DNA of 64,000 nt, from assembly GCA_965213925.1 (NCBI GenBank), contig OZ243927.1, forward strand, positions 1,088,001 to 1,152,000, given 5' to 3'. Each line of letters opens with the position of its first letter. Within the stretch, counting starts at the first letter, position 1. The notes beneath the pieces are model-generated. The model searched no databases, was not told the DNA's origin, and saw nothing but the letters and a program-made list of their open reading frames with translations. The position numbers were made by a program, and so were the translations under genes. This document shows, one piece after another, positions 51,749 to 61,795 of this stretch. Source of the DNA: Trueperaceae bacterium. GTDB taxonomy: Bacteria; Deinococcota; Deinococci; Deinococcales; Trueperaceae.

Positions 51749-52858
51749 GTGAGATATTATACTGCCCACGTAACATTTTCTAAATCTCAAGAGGTCGTAG
51801 GGAGAGAATTTTTGTCTACGTCTTGTTCGCAAAGGGCAGTTTCAAGGCGTGGTCGCGCAACAAAAGGAGATGACGTTCGTGCAAAACCTCATTTCGGTAC
51901 CTGTTATAGTTACGCAAAGGAGCACCGAGTCATAGAGTCTGAGTCAAATAAGACGAGCGAGCGGCTGCCCAGAGGCTTCGAGCTTATTCAGCATGACAGC
52001 GGCATCGAGACGATCAGTGAGGGCGCGTTGCAGCGGCGTCTTTTAGTGACGCAGCCGGGCGGCGTCGAGCTGCACGAGTTGTCGTTGCGGCGCGGCGAGA
52101 CGCTCACGGTTGCGCCCCGCGAGGGGGTGCAAGAAAGCTACTACATGCTTAAAGGGGTGCTCGTCGGCGCAAACGTGCGCCTGGTCGTCGGTGACTGCTT
52201 GCTGAGCCGCACGCCTGACACGCTCCTCACCCTGCGGGCGGAAGCGTCGACGCGGCTTCTGTATGTCTCGAGCGTCCCCACCTTCTGGAGCGTCTCGCAG
52301 ACGCTCCGCGAACTGATGAATCTAGCGGTTTCCATCGAGAAAAAAGACGGCTACACCGCCGAGCACTGCCACCGTTTGCAGCGTCTGGCGCTGGCGGTGG
52401 GCAAGCAGCTCGGGTTGCCGCAAGAGCGGCTCTACCTCCTAGACGTAGCGGCGTTTTTGCACGACGTAGGCAAAGTCAGGGTGCCCGTCGAGATTTTGCA
52501 AAAACCCAGCCCGCTCACCCCGTCCGAGTGGCGGCTCATCAGGCAGCACCCCACGTTCGGGCGCGAGATGCTAGAGGATACCCTCATCGCCGAGGCTGGA
52601 CCTATCGTCGAGCAGCACCACGAGCGGCCCGACGGCTCGGGCTATCCTTACGGACTCCGGGGGAGCGAAATTTTACTCGAGGCGCATATCGTCGCCATCA
52701 CCGACGCCTTCGACGCGATGACCACCGACAGACCCTACCGCGACGCGCTACCTAGAAACGCTGCGATTGAGCGCATCAACCGACTTGCGGGTAAGCACTA
52801 CGCCGAAGAGGTCGTCGAGGCGTTTTTAGAGGTGATTGCGTCGGACGAATGGCTATAG
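51749..52858 (+). CDS. HD-GYP phosphodiesterase-domain protein with cupin-like N-terminus (true start probably downstream, near 51930)
   Basis: KDGYTAEH, LHDVGK, HHERPDGSGYP, DAFDAMTTDRPYR. Confidence 0.88.
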   Translation: MRYYTAHVTFSKSQEVVGREFLSTSCSQRAVSRRGRATKGDDVRAKPHFGTCYSYAKEHRVIESESNKTSERLPRGFELIQHDSGIETISEGALQRRLLVTQPGGVELHELSLRRGETLTVAPREGVQESYYMLKGVLVGANVRLVVGDCLLSRTPDTLLTLRAEASTRLLYVSSVPTFWSVSQTLRELMNLAVSIEKKDGYTAEHCHRLQRLALAVGKQLGLPQERLYLLDVAAFLHDVGKVRVPVEILQKPSPLTPSEWRLIRQHPTFGREMLEDTLIAEAGPIVEQHHERPDGSGYPYGLRGSEILLEAHIVAITDAFDAMTTDRPYRDALPRNAAIERINRLAGKHYAEEVVEAFLEVIASDEWL

Positions 52859-53554
52859 GTTATGAGCGGCTCGAGACTTCAAAAAGCTAAGCAGCGCCTC
52901 GTTTACGGCGCGCACCGCTAGAGGCACGTTCCAAGCGCGTTTGTCGCGCTCCCCGACGATGTTGCTGACCCCGCGAAGCTCCGCGAAGGGCACGCCGAGT
53001 GCCAAACAAACCTGCGCCGCCGCTGCCCCCTCCATCGACTCCACCGAGAGGTCGAAACGCTCTCGCAGAGTTTCGGCTCCGCCGAACCTTCCTGTAACCG
53101 TTTCGGAGGTGCCAAAAACGCCCGGCACCGCGCCTGTGATTCTCTCCAAAGCCTCGGTCAACCCCTCGTCCGTTGGAAAGACGTTGTAGTGATGGTCTAA
53201 AAGAGGAAAGCCAACCTCTTCCATCCCCAACCAGCCTTTGTCCGTTACGACGCCCGTGTCAATGTGAACTTCTCGCGCCGCTACCGCGACCATCCCAACG
53301 CTCAAAAACGAGCCGACGTACGCCCCCCCTATACCGAACTGAATCACGCGCTCTGGTTGCAGAGTGTGGACGGCGAGCGCTAAACCCGCCGCCGTGTTGA
53401 CCTTAGCCACGCCCAGATGCGCCAAGCGAACCTCTTGAGCGTTGACGCTTCCCGAGTAGAGCTGACCTAACGGAAAGTCAAGTTCGCGGACCTCTTCTAG
53501 CGCTTCTCTTAAAGGTCTTCCTTCCATTTCGGTTGCGGTGATAAGTAGGGTCAT
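52853..53554 (-). CDS. mqnB: Futalosine hydrolase
   Basis: PNP/MTAN fold: GVAKVN, GIGG, ESMEGAA, RGVSN.VG.RD..W. Confidence 0.85.
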   Translation of the reverse strand: MTLLITATEMEGRPLREALEEVRELDFPLGQLYSGSVNAQEVRLAHLGVAKVNTAAGLALAVHTLQPERVIQFGIGGAYVGSFLSVGMVAVAAREVHIDTGVVTDKGWLGMEEVGFPLLDHHYNVFPTDEGLTEALERITGAVPGVFGTSETVTGRFGGAETLRERFDLSVESMEGAAAAQVCLALGVPFAELRGVSNIVGERDKRAWNVPLAVRAVNEALLSFLKSRAAHNL

Positions 53555-53571
53555 TCGGATACGCTACCGCA

Positions 53572-54225
53572 CTAACGGACGCTCCAGCGCTCGAGGCCCG
53601 CCTCACCCTTGACCGTTACCCCTACAGGAAGAGGCTCGAAGACGAACGCCCTAAGGTCGCGACTCACTGCTTCTTGATAAAGTCTCGTTTCCAAAGCGCC
53701 AGAGCCCATCATCGCGCTTAGTAACCCGCCCTGCTCGAAAGCGACGAGTGCGCCCGCAACCTCATCTGCGCTATAAGCGGCAAAGCTGACGATGTCGGGC
53801 GAGCGCTGCATGGCGGCTGTAATGGCTGCGCCGAGCTGTACGCCGTAAGTAGGAAAACCGTAATGCTCGGCTAAATGCTCACCCAAAATGCGCCCTTGCG
53901 CCCAACTCACTTGCTCGGTCAAGAGGTCGTTACGTTGGAGAGGCTCTTCTACTTCGCGGAAGGTGAAGGCTTGCTCGAGGGTAAACTCACTCTCTTTTAG
54001 CACCCCATCAAACGCTTCATCTCGGACCGTCGGCAGAATGAGTGCAGGGACAATGCCTTTTTCTATGTACCAAGCAGCAATCTCTTGAACATCGTCTGCT
54101 CCTGGAAACCACGCCGCGTTGCTGAGGAGTAAGGGGACTTGAGAGTTGGCGAGAGTAACCGAGTTGCCGATGTTGACCTCTTCGGTAGCAACGCGCCGCC
54201 AAAAGATAAAAGCTAGCTCGTACAT
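53572..54225 (-). CDS. Hypothetical protein (possibly degenerate GNAT fold)
   Basis: 217-aa ORF co-oriented with mqnB. Confidence 0.6.
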   Translation of the reverse strand: MYELAFIFWRRVATEEVNIGNSVTLANSQVPLLLSNAAWFPGADDVQEIAAWYIEKGIVPALILPTVRDEAFDGVLKESEFTLEQAFTFREVEEPLQRNDLLTEQVSWAQGRILGEHLAEHYGFPTYGVQLGAAITAAMQRSPDIVSFAAYSADEVAGALVAFEQGGLLSAMMGSGALETRLYQEAVSRDLRAFVFEPLPVGVTVKGEAGLERWSVR

Positions 54226-54301
54226 GAAGATGCTACAGAATGCAAGGCTATAAACCTATACGGGTATCTTGTGAGCTGAGAACGGTTCAAAGACACTAAA
54301 T

Positions 54302-55120
54302 TCACTCGACAATAGGATTAAGTTGAAGTCGCAAGTAAGTTCTATCGTCGTACCACTCTTGCTCAGGTGCAATTCCTCGGTTAGAGAGATGTGTCTCGAT
54401 AAGAAGAGGGTCTTGCTCTCGGATGGTCGCAAGGGACGCTTCACTTTCAGCGAGAGTTGGCAGAAGAACCGGATAACCGTCACTTGCTAAAACAACTGAG
54501 GAGGCATCAGTGGGCACGGGTATGACCTCGAGAAAACGCTTGGGGACGGGGTTTCCGTTGATGACTCCATACGCGAGCGGGTCTGTAGAATGATTGATGA
54601 GTGCAAATTGACTTTTGAAAAGAGGTGCTAGCGCCTCATTTCCAGGATCAGTACGGCGCAACTCTTCGACGCTATGACCGCGTACAAGGAGTCCCCGCGT
54701 AATGAGTGCGCGTGTCCGCGCAGTAATTTCATCGACTTGAATACCGCTATTTTCTCCTTTACCGTCGATAAGATACTGACAGTCTGCAACCCTCCAAATC
54801 TCTTGTCGGTGAAACGAATAGAGCACCACCGCGAAAGATGGCTTTCGTGTTGCTCTATGTGAATTATTCTGCTCAAACTCTCTTGCGAGAGCGGCGCTTA
54901 AACGTTCAACTGCGTCTTCAAGAGACACCTCTTTAGGTAGATTTGCAATCGTCTTTGCTCCGACATTAGCTGCGAACCTTCCTGACGAGATTCCTGCGAC
55001 TTCGAAGCTCGAGGTCGCACCATCAAGCACCGCGGCAAAATGGTCAGTTACGACAATGCGGTCATCGCCACCGTCATCAGAGCCGCGTTTCGAGCGAGTA
55101 AAAGACTCTACAACTTTCAC
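54302..55120 (-). CDS. PP2C-like phosphatase-fold protein
   Basis: DD, VLDGAT, VADC, LASDGY and DDRTY acidic motifs; lower GC than neighbours. Confidence 0.7.
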   Translation of the reverse strand: MKVVESFTRSKRGSDDGGDDRIVVTDHFAAVLDGATSSFEVAGISSGRFAANVGAKTIANLPKEVSLEDAVERLSAALAREFEQNNSHRATRKPSFAVVLYSFHRQEIWRVADCQYLIDGKGENSGIQVDEITARTRALITRGLLVRGHSVEELRRTDPGNEALAPLFKSQFALINHSTDPLAYGVINGNPVPKRFLEVIPVPTDASSVVLASDGYPVLLPTLAESEASLATIREQDPLLIETHLSNRGIAPEQEWYDDRTYLRLQLNPIVE

Positions 55121-55153
55121 AGGAGTTGCTTAGGCAATGGTGGCACCGTGTAT

Positions 55154-56098
55154 CTACGCCTTCGCCGCCTGCGGAATATCGAGTAGCGCCTGCACGTACG
55201 CCGCCGCGTCATAAGGCTGCAAGTCCGCCGCGCTTTCGCCTACGCCGATGAATTTAATAGGTAACTCTAGCTCCTTGGCGATTGGTAAGAGAATTCCGCC
55301 CTTAGCGGTTCCGTCCAGCTTCGTCACAATCACGCCCGTCACCCCGACCGCTTCGTGAAACTTCTTCGCCTGCGCGAGTCCGTTTTGTCCCGTTACCGCG
55401 TCTAAAACGAGCCACACCTCTTTGGGTTCATCGGGGTCCGCTTTGCCGATGACGCGCTTGACCTTTTTAAGCTCCTCCATCAGGTTGTGCTTCGTGTGGA
55501 GGCGTCCGGCGGTGTCTACGAACAAGAGATCGTACCCCTTAGCGCGGCGCTGCTGCGCCCCGTCGAAGGCGACTGCGCCGGGGTCGGAGCCGTCCGGTCC
55601 GGTGACGGTGGGGATATTTAGACGGTCTCCCCACACGGAAAGCTGCGCGGTGGCGGCGGCGCGGAAGGTGTCGCCTGCGGCGAACATGACCTTTTTGCCG
55701 CTATTCTGGTAGTACTGACCGAGCTTGGCGATGGTCGTGGTTTTGCCGACGCCGTTGACGCCCACTACCATCACGACTTTACTCTTCACCTCGACGATGT
55801 TACGAGTAACATCTAAGTTGAATCCGACGCGGCGCAGTTTTTGGCGCATCTGGTCGGGCTCCAACTGGTCCATGAGCGCTTTTTCTAACGCTTCCTTAAA
55901 GGTCGAGCCGCGCTCGCGCTCGCGCTTCGCCTCTTCGACGACTTCGGCGGCGATCCGCGCCCCTGTATCCGCACCGATGAGGGCGAACTCCAGGTCGTCC
56001 CACTCCATCTCCCAACTACGGCTGAGGTCGCGCACGTCGGTGGTGAGCACGTCCCGCGTTTTGTTGAGTCCCTGTCTAAGCCTGTCAAACCACGCCAT
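55154..56098 (-). CDS. ftsY: SRP receptor
   Basis: GVNGVGKTT, DTFRAAA, DTAGR, TKLDGTAKGG. Confidence 0.97.
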   Translation of the reverse strand: MAWFDRLRQGLNKTRDVLTTDVRDLSRSWEMEWDDLEFALIGADTGARIAAEVVEEAKRERERGSTFKEALEKALMDQLEPDQMRQKLRRVGFNLDVTRNIVEVKSKVVMVVGVNGVGKTTTIAKLGQYYQNSGKKVMFAAGDTFRAAATAQLSVWGDRLNIPTVTGPDGSDPGAVAFDGAQQRRAKGYDLLFVDTAGRLHTKHNLMEELKKVKRVIGKADPDEPKEVWLVLDAVTGQNGLAQAKKFHEAVGVTGVIVTKLDGTAKGGILLPIAKELELPIKFIGVGESAADLQPYDAAAYVQALLDIPQAAKA

Positions 56099-57615
56099 TA
56101 AGCTGCCTCGTTCCCTTTCTCGCTATCGCTGTCTCTCCGGTTCTTCTTATCCTTTTTTTCATCCTTTTGCGGTTTCTCCGGTTTATCGTCGGGCAGGTCA
56201 TCTGTGACCGTCGTCAGCGCTCGCCCGATGCGCGCCATCACGCGCTGGCGTCCTAACACCGAGACCAAATCCGTCACGCTTGGCGCGTTCGTTTTGCCCG
56301 TGAGCGCTGCTCTAAGCGGTTGCATGACTTTGCCCATTCCCACACTCTGCGACTGCACGTAGTCACGAATCGCATCGTCCACCGAGTCTACATCGTACGA
56401 GTCCAGCCGGGCGAATTCGCCCTCCATATCCTGCAAGTAGGTCTGTCCGCCTGCGATTTTCTTCTTCGCGTCGGGTGAATAGGTAAAGTCGTCGCGGAAG
56501 AAGTAGTCGTGCGTGACAAAATCCCTCAGCGTTTCAGCCCTCGGGCGTAACACATCGATGACGTCCAAGAGGTAATCTTCGTCATCCCAAGAGAGTCCCT
56601 TTTCTTTCAAAAGCGGCTCTACACGCTCCGCAACCTCTTCTAAGCTCAAGATATCGCGCAAATACTTCGCGTTGAAAAAGCGCAACTTCTTGAGGTCGAA
56701 GACAGGTCCGCCTAGTGAAACGCGCTTGAAAGAGAAATTGTCTGTCATGTCCTCTAAGTCGAAGAACTCGCGTCCGTCGGGCATACTCCAGCCCATTGTG
56801 CCGAGATAATTTAAGAGAGCCTCGGGCAAGATACCTTGCTCGCGGTACGAGTCTACGCTCGTGTCGTTTTTCCGCTTGCTGAGCCGCGTCTTGTCCGCGT
56901 TACGCAGAAGCGGTAGATGCGCGAACTTGGGCGCGTCCCAGCCGAACGCCTCGTAGAGTGTGACGTGAAGCGGCGTACTGACAACCCAGTCCTCACCGCG
57001 AACGACGTGTGTCACGCCCATGAGGTGGTCGTCCACCACGACGGCAAAGTGATAGGTCGGGAAGCCGTCGCTTTTCACCATCACCGCGTCGCGCAGCTCG
57101 CTGTTCGGCACGCGCACGACGCCGCGCAGTTCGTCATGAAAGCTCGTTTCGCCCTCATCGGGCGTTTTCAGACGGAGGACAAACGGCTCACCGTCGGCAG
57201 CTCGCTTATCAGACTCCTCTTTAGGAATATCCCTCGCTCGCCCGTCATAGCCACCTTTGGCTTCGCGGATGCTTGCCAGTTCCTCAGATGTTTCAAACGC
57301 GCGGTAGAGTGCGCCCTTCTCTAAAAGTTCATCCGCGTATTTCTTATAGATATCCTTGCGCTCGCTCTGGCGGTACGGCTCACTGGGTCCGCCTGCGTGG
57401 GGACCTTCGTCAGGGTTCAGCCCGAGCCACCCCATCATCTCTAAAATACGGCGCTCGCTCGTCTCGTTGTAGCGCGCCTGGTCGGTGTCTTCGATGCGCA
57501 AAATAAAGCTGCCGCCCTGCTGCTTGGTGAAAACATAATTGAAAAGCCCCACGTAAGCCGTGCCGACGTGCGGGTCGCCGGTAGGTGAGGGCGCGATGCG
57601 GGTTTTAACGGACAT
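56098..57615 (-). CDS. gltX: Glutamate--tRNA ligase
   Basis: APSPTGDPHVG, RIEDTD, LSKR. Confidence 0.96.
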   Translation of the reverse strand: MSVKTRIAPSPTGDPHVGTAYVGLFNYVFTKQQGGSFILRIEDTDQARYNETSERRILEMMGWLGLNPDEGPHAGGPSEPYRQSERKDIYKKYADELLEKGALYRAFETSEELASIREAKGGYDGRARDIPKEESDKRAADGEPFVLRLKTPDEGETSFHDELRGVVRVPNSELRDAVMVKSDGFPTYHFAVVVDDHLMGVTHVVRGEDWVVSTPLHVTLYEAFGWDAPKFAHLPLLRNADKTRLSKRKNDTSVDSYREQGILPEALLNYLGTMGWSMPDGREFFDLEDMTDNFSFKRVSLGGPVFDLKKLRFFNAKYLRDILSLEEVAERVEPLLKEKGLSWDDEDYLLDVIDVLRPRAETLRDFVTHDYFFRDDFTYSPDAKKKIAGGQTYLQDMEGEFARLDSYDVDSVDDAIRDYVQSQSVGMGKVMQPLRAALTGKTNAPSVTDLVSVLGRQRVMARIGRALTTVTDDLPDDKPEKPQKDEKKDKKNRRDSDSEKGNEAA

Positions 57616-57756
57616 GGAGAGACCTCCTGAGGATGGTTCATTCGCTGCGTTGCCTGCTTCGTTTACAACGTTGGTGTAACTTTAGACACAAGCCAATTAA
57701 ACCCTAGTCTAGCTCAGCTAAAAAATTACCTTTGTTGTTTTAGCGTAGTTGAGGAA

Positions 57757-57822
57757 GGACTGAGAGAAAAGGACTGAGGACTGAGGTTTTTCTCTTTTCT
57801 CTCAGTCCTCAGTCCTTTTCTC
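57757..57822. repeat. GGACTGA heptamer repeats with inverted copies forming a hairpin
   Basis: GGACTGAGAGAAAAGGACTGAGGACTGAG...CTCAGTCCTCAGTCCTTTTCTC. Confidence 0.8.
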
Positions 57823-57836
57823 TTTCAACTAAAGTC

Positions 57837-58712
57837 TCAGCGGTTGACCTCTTGTGTTGTCACGTTCGTTATCTCTTCTATAGCAGGGGCGTCTCTGGGC
57901 TCGAGCACTCCAAACGCGAGTAGCAGTGCAACGAGCGTTCCTAACCCGATGCGGTAAATCACAAAGGGTAGATACGAGTTCGTGCTGACGTAGCGTAACA
58001 GCCATGCAATCGAGGCGTAGCCGAAGATAAAGGCGAGCACCGTCGAGGTGAGCGTGAGCGCCCAACCAGGTCCGTCGCCCGCGAGCGCATCCGGGAGCTT
58101 ATAGAGCCCTGACGCCACCACTGCCGGAATCGCCAGAAGAAACGCATATCGCGCCGCCGCCGCCCGCTCGTAGCCTAAAAAGAGCCCCGCGCTAATCGTC
58201 GCCCCCGAGCGCGACACGCCGGGGATGAGCGCCAGCGCCTGCGCAAAACCGTACACGAGACCGTCGAAGAGATTGAGGTTATCCAGCGACTTCTCGGTAC
58301 GCGCCTGCCTATCGGCAATCCAGAGCACGATACCTAGCACGATAAGCGTAGTGGAGATGAGCCGCAAGTCCCGCGCTACCGTATCGATCTGGTCTTCAAA
58401 CAAAAGCCCTAAAATCGCGATCGGAAAGGTCCCTAAAATCACGTACCAGCCCATGCGGGCGTCTATCGTGCCGCGCAGCTCGGGCGTATAGAGCGCCTGA
58501 ATCCACGTCTTGCCGATGCGCCAGATATCGCGCCAGAAAAAGATGATCACGGCGGCTTCGGTACCGATTTGCGTGACGGCAGTGAAGGCTGCGCCGGGGT
58601 CGTCCCAGCCTAAGAGCGCGGGGACGATGCGGAGGTGGGCGCTGCTGGAAATCGGCAAGAACTCGGTGAGCCCTTGGACGATGCCTAAGATGATGGCTTG
58701 GAATGTGGTCAT
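57837..58712 (-). CDS. uppP: Undecaprenyl-diphosphate phosphatase
   Basis: [14 protein letters not shown] and PGVSRSG. Confidence 0.96.
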   Translation of the reverse strand: MTTFQAIILGIVQGLTEFLPISSSAHLRIVPALLGWDDPGAAFTAVTQIGTEAAVIIFFWRDIWRIGKTWIQALYTPELRGTIDARMGWYVILGTFPIAILGLLFEDQIDTVARDLRLISTTLIVLGIVLWIADRQARTEKSLDNLNLFDGLVYGFAQALALIPGVSRSGATISAGLFLGYERAAAARYAFLLAIPAVVASGLYKLPDALAGDGPGWALTLTSTVLAFIFGYASIAWLLRYVSTNSYLPFVIYRIGLGTLVALLLAFGVLEPRDAPAIEEITNVTTQEVNR

Positions 58713-58948
58713 AGAGAGGTCCTTAGAAGATAGATAAGCTACGTGAGATATAACTGACGTATGTCACAGAAGGTCAAGATTGGGGCTCGAGCACGCTAAA
58801 GAGGTTATGGCTCGAGCCCTATACCAACGAGATAATACAGCCTTTTCGCCTAAGAAGCCTGTACGTATGTCCCAACCTCAAAAAGAAAAGAACTGAGGGA
58901 AACGTACAACCTCTTTTCCCTCAGTCCTAATAACTTTGAACTTGTGTT

Positions 58949-59341
58949 TTAGCGCTTGCTGTACTGCGGGGCGCGGCGTGCCTTGCGCAGACCGTACTTC
59001 TTGCGCTCGACCTCGCGTGCGTCGCGCGTCAGATAGCCGCCGGGCTTGAGCTTGGCGCGAAAGTCCGGGTTGACTTTGACTAAAGCGCGGGCGACGCCCA
59101 ATTTAATCGCGTCAGCTTGACCGCTCGGACCGCCACCCTTGACGGTGATGAGCGCGTCGTAGCGTCCAGCGGTGCCGGTGACTTTGAGAGGCTCTAAAGC
59201 TTGCACGCCCACAAAGATACCGCGAAAGTAGGTCTGGAAGTCCTTGCCGTTCACGATGATGCGTCCCTGTCCGGGGCGCAAAAACACGCGGGCGACGGAC
59301 GTTTTGCGGCGACCTGTGCCGTAATACTGTTCGAGTGCCAT
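58949..59341 (-). CDS. rpsI: 30S ribosomal protein S9
   Basis: GTGRRKTS...[10 protein letters not shown]. Confidence 0.98.
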   Translation of the reverse strand: MALEQYYGTGRRKTSVARVFLRPGQGRIIVNGKDFQTYFRGIFVGVQALEPLKVTGTAGRYDALITVKGGGPSGQADAIKLGVARALVKVNPDFRAKLKPGGYLTRDAREVERKKYGLRKARRAPQYSKR

Positions 59342-59766
59342 TAGCGAAGCTCCATCTCTCTAGGCTGCTGCGCGCTATGCGGATGCGCCGTGCCGGGGTA
59401 GACCTTGAGGCGGCGGATCATCTTACGTCCTAAGCGGGTCTTGGGGAGCATCCCCCAGACGGCGTGCTCAATGATGCGCTCGGGGTGGCGGTTCAAGACG
59501 GTGCGGGCGTTGGTGACTTTTAAGCCGCCCTGATAGCCGCTGTAGCGGGTGTAGACCTTCTGGTCCATCTTTTTGCCCGTAAAGATCACCTTATCGGCGT
59601 TGATGACCACGACGAAGTCGCCGCAGAGCTGGTTCGGGGTAAAGTCGGGTTTGTGCTTGCCGCGCAGCAGGCTAGCGATTTGGGTGGCGATGCGCCCCAC
59701 CGTCTGCCCTTCGGCGTCTACGACCACCCAGTCACTGCCGGGGGTTTTAGGGAAATACGTCTTCAC
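59341..59766 (-). CDS. rplM: 50S ribosomal protein L13
   Basis: [21 protein letters not shown]. Confidence 0.98.
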   Translation of the reverse strand: MKTYFPKTPGSDWVVVDAEGQTVGRIATQIASLLRGKHKPDFTPNQLCGDFVVVINADKVIFTGKKMDQKVYTRYSGYQGGLKVTNARTVLNRHPERIIEHAVWGMLPKTRLGRKMIRRLKVYPGTAHPHSAQQPREMELR

Positions 59767-60180
59767 AGTTCACGTCCTCTAACTGGTTTCTACTTGCTGG
59801 TTTCTACTTACCGAGGTTTGCCGCGTCCTACCAAACGGAGCAAACAGGAAATTGCATGGGATTAGGTTGTGCTACTCGTTGTGCTCGAGCAGGATGGTCG
59901 GGGGTCTGCGCGGCACAAAACCAAAAGTGAGTCTATCACAAGCTGAGGTGGACGTAAAGGCGTGGTGAGGCTCGAGGTTGAACGGAAAACTGGTTGAGAT
60001 GAGGCTGTTTTATCTCAGAAAAAATGTTTCAACAGCCTACCAAATTGCAGAATTTTCCTGACGCGCTGACTAGCTGATAGGCTGAAATGCTCTTTTCCCT
60101 TGTCAGCACAGAGCACTTCATGAGATAATGAACCTATCAAATGGTGACAGCAATCTACACTAAGCACGAGGACGCGACAT

Positions 60181-61329
60181 ATGGCAGAGCGAAACGGTAA
60201 AAGTGAAGCGAGGGCGACGCAGGCAAAAGCTGAAGAACGTTTTTCTGTCGTATTTGAGACGACGCCCGCTCCGTCAGTCATTGTGCGGCTCGGCAACGTG
60301 CAGCACGTGGCAGTGAACGAGGGGTTTTTAGACGTTCTAGGATATGAGAAAGCGGATTTATTAGAGCGTACGTTTTACGAGGTGCAGCCTTACGACACAA
60401 CGTCTGAATTCGAGCGGGTGCTCACCGAGTTGCGGCAGGGCAGGGCAATTCGGCAGACCGAGATGAACCTCGAGACGAAATCCGGTGATAAAAAGCGTGT
60501 GATCATGTCGGCGAAGCCTATCGACTTGGACAATGAAGATTGCGCGGTTTTCGCCTTCTCGGACATCACCGAGCTTAGAGAGGTGCAGTCGCAGCTCGAG
60601 CAGGCCCGCCTCCGGCTCGCCCAGATGCGCGAGCGCGAGCGTTTGTCGTTAGCCCGCGAACTCCACGACGACGCGGTGCAGGGGCTCATCGGGCTCTCGT
60701 ATAAGTTGGCGCAAGAGAGTAAAGAGGCTAAAACGTGTAAGACGTGCGGTACGGGCTTCGCTGAGACGTTTAAGGGCTACCAACAAGAGGTGCTCGCGGT
60801 ATCAAAGCAACTGCGCGGCTTGATTCGCGGGCTGCGCCCTGCCGGGCTCGCCGAACTCGGTCTTAGCGCGGCGATAAGGAACTATGTGGAAAACTTTGCC
60901 GAGGAGGGGCGCGACCATGTGCCGGAGATCGTGCTCGAGCTAGCCGAAAGCAACGGCTATTTACCTAAAGACGACAAGACCGCGCAGCAGCTCTCGCTCT
61001 GCTTATTCCGCGCCACCCAAGAGGCACTTCGCAACGCCGCCACGCACGCTGAGGCCTCGAAGATCCGCGTAACACTCTCTTTTGACGACGATGCGAATGA
61101 AGCCGAGTTACAAATTCGAGATAACGGACGTGGCTTCGAAGTTCCTAACTCCTACGGTGCACTGGCCCGCGAAGACCACTTCGGGCTCGTCGGCACAGAC
61201 GAGTACGTGTCGGCGCTAGGGGGCGAGATGACCGTCGAGTCAGAACTCGGCGAGGGGACAACTGTAAGTGTTTATTTGCCGCTTACGGGTCCGCGTTACG
61301 AAATTCCCGCTATCCTTCTGAAGTCGTGA
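60181..61329 (+). CDS. Cytoplasmic PAS-domain histidine kinase (HisKA_3), no adjacent response regulator
   Basis: PAS/PAC, LARELHD, DNGRGF, HFGLVG. Confidence 0.88.
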   Translation: MAERNGKSEARATQAKAEERFSVVFETTPAPSVIVRLGNVQHVAVNEGFLDVLGYEKADLLERTFYEVQPYDTTSEFERVLTELRQGRAIRQTEMNLETKSGDKKRVIMSAKPIDLDNEDCAVFAFSDITELREVQSQLEQARLRLAQMRERERLSLARELHDDAVQGLIGLSYKLAQESKEAKTCKTCGTGFAETFKGYQQEVLAVSKQLRGLIRGLRPAGLAELGLSAAIRNYVENFAEEGRDHVPEIVLELAESNGYLPKDDKTAQQLSLCLFRATQEALRNAATHAEASKIRVTLSFDDDANEAELQIRDNGRGFEVPNSYGALAREDHFGLVGTDEYVSALGGEMTVESELGEGTTVSVYLPLTGPRYEIPAILLKS

Positions 61330-61366
61330 GCGCTAAAAATGCCACCGTTTAAGCGTAAACTGCGCT

Positions 61367-61636
61367 ATGGTCTATCCCGCGTTCGACGCTAAAGAGGTCA
61401 CAGGCAACGTCTTGCTCAAAGACCCGAGTCTCATGGAGCTGTGGAAGTGGGCAGCGATTGATGGCAAGGTGCAAGCGCTCAGCGTGAAGGGCAAAAACTA
61501 CGCCGTGGTCAAGGATGAGGATTTGGCGGAGCGTATTCAAGCGGCAGGCGTCCCTACCTATCAGTACGACGATGAGACGAAGAGCCTCGAGTTAGACGCC
61601 ACGGCTATTTCGTCCCGGAGCCGTAAGAAGCGCTAA
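61367..61636 (+). CDS. Hypothetical 89-aa protein
   Basis: Leaderless-type TAAACT-N5-ATG; protein-like composition. Confidence 0.65.
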   Translation: MVYPAFDAKEVTGNVLLKDPSLMELWKWAAIDGKVQALSVKGKNYAVVKDEDLAERIQAAGVPTYQYDDETKSLELDATAISSRSRKKR

Positions 61637-61645
61637 GGGGTATTA

Positions 61646-61730
61646 GCATTGAGTGTCGAGCAATTGTGTTAGCAATGAGTACCGAGCAACGAGCAATGAG
61701 TGAAACCCTTTAGACTCATTGCTCGTTGCT
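61646..61730. repeat. AGCAATG-type heptamer repeats ending in a hairpin
   Basis: AGCAACGAGCAATGAGT...ACTCATTGCTCGTTGCT. Confidence 0.7.
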
Positions 61731-61795
61731 TTCAACTCTCAACATCTGAACCCGCTTTCAACCTGTTCTAAGCTGCCGCGCGGTACACTGCTTTC

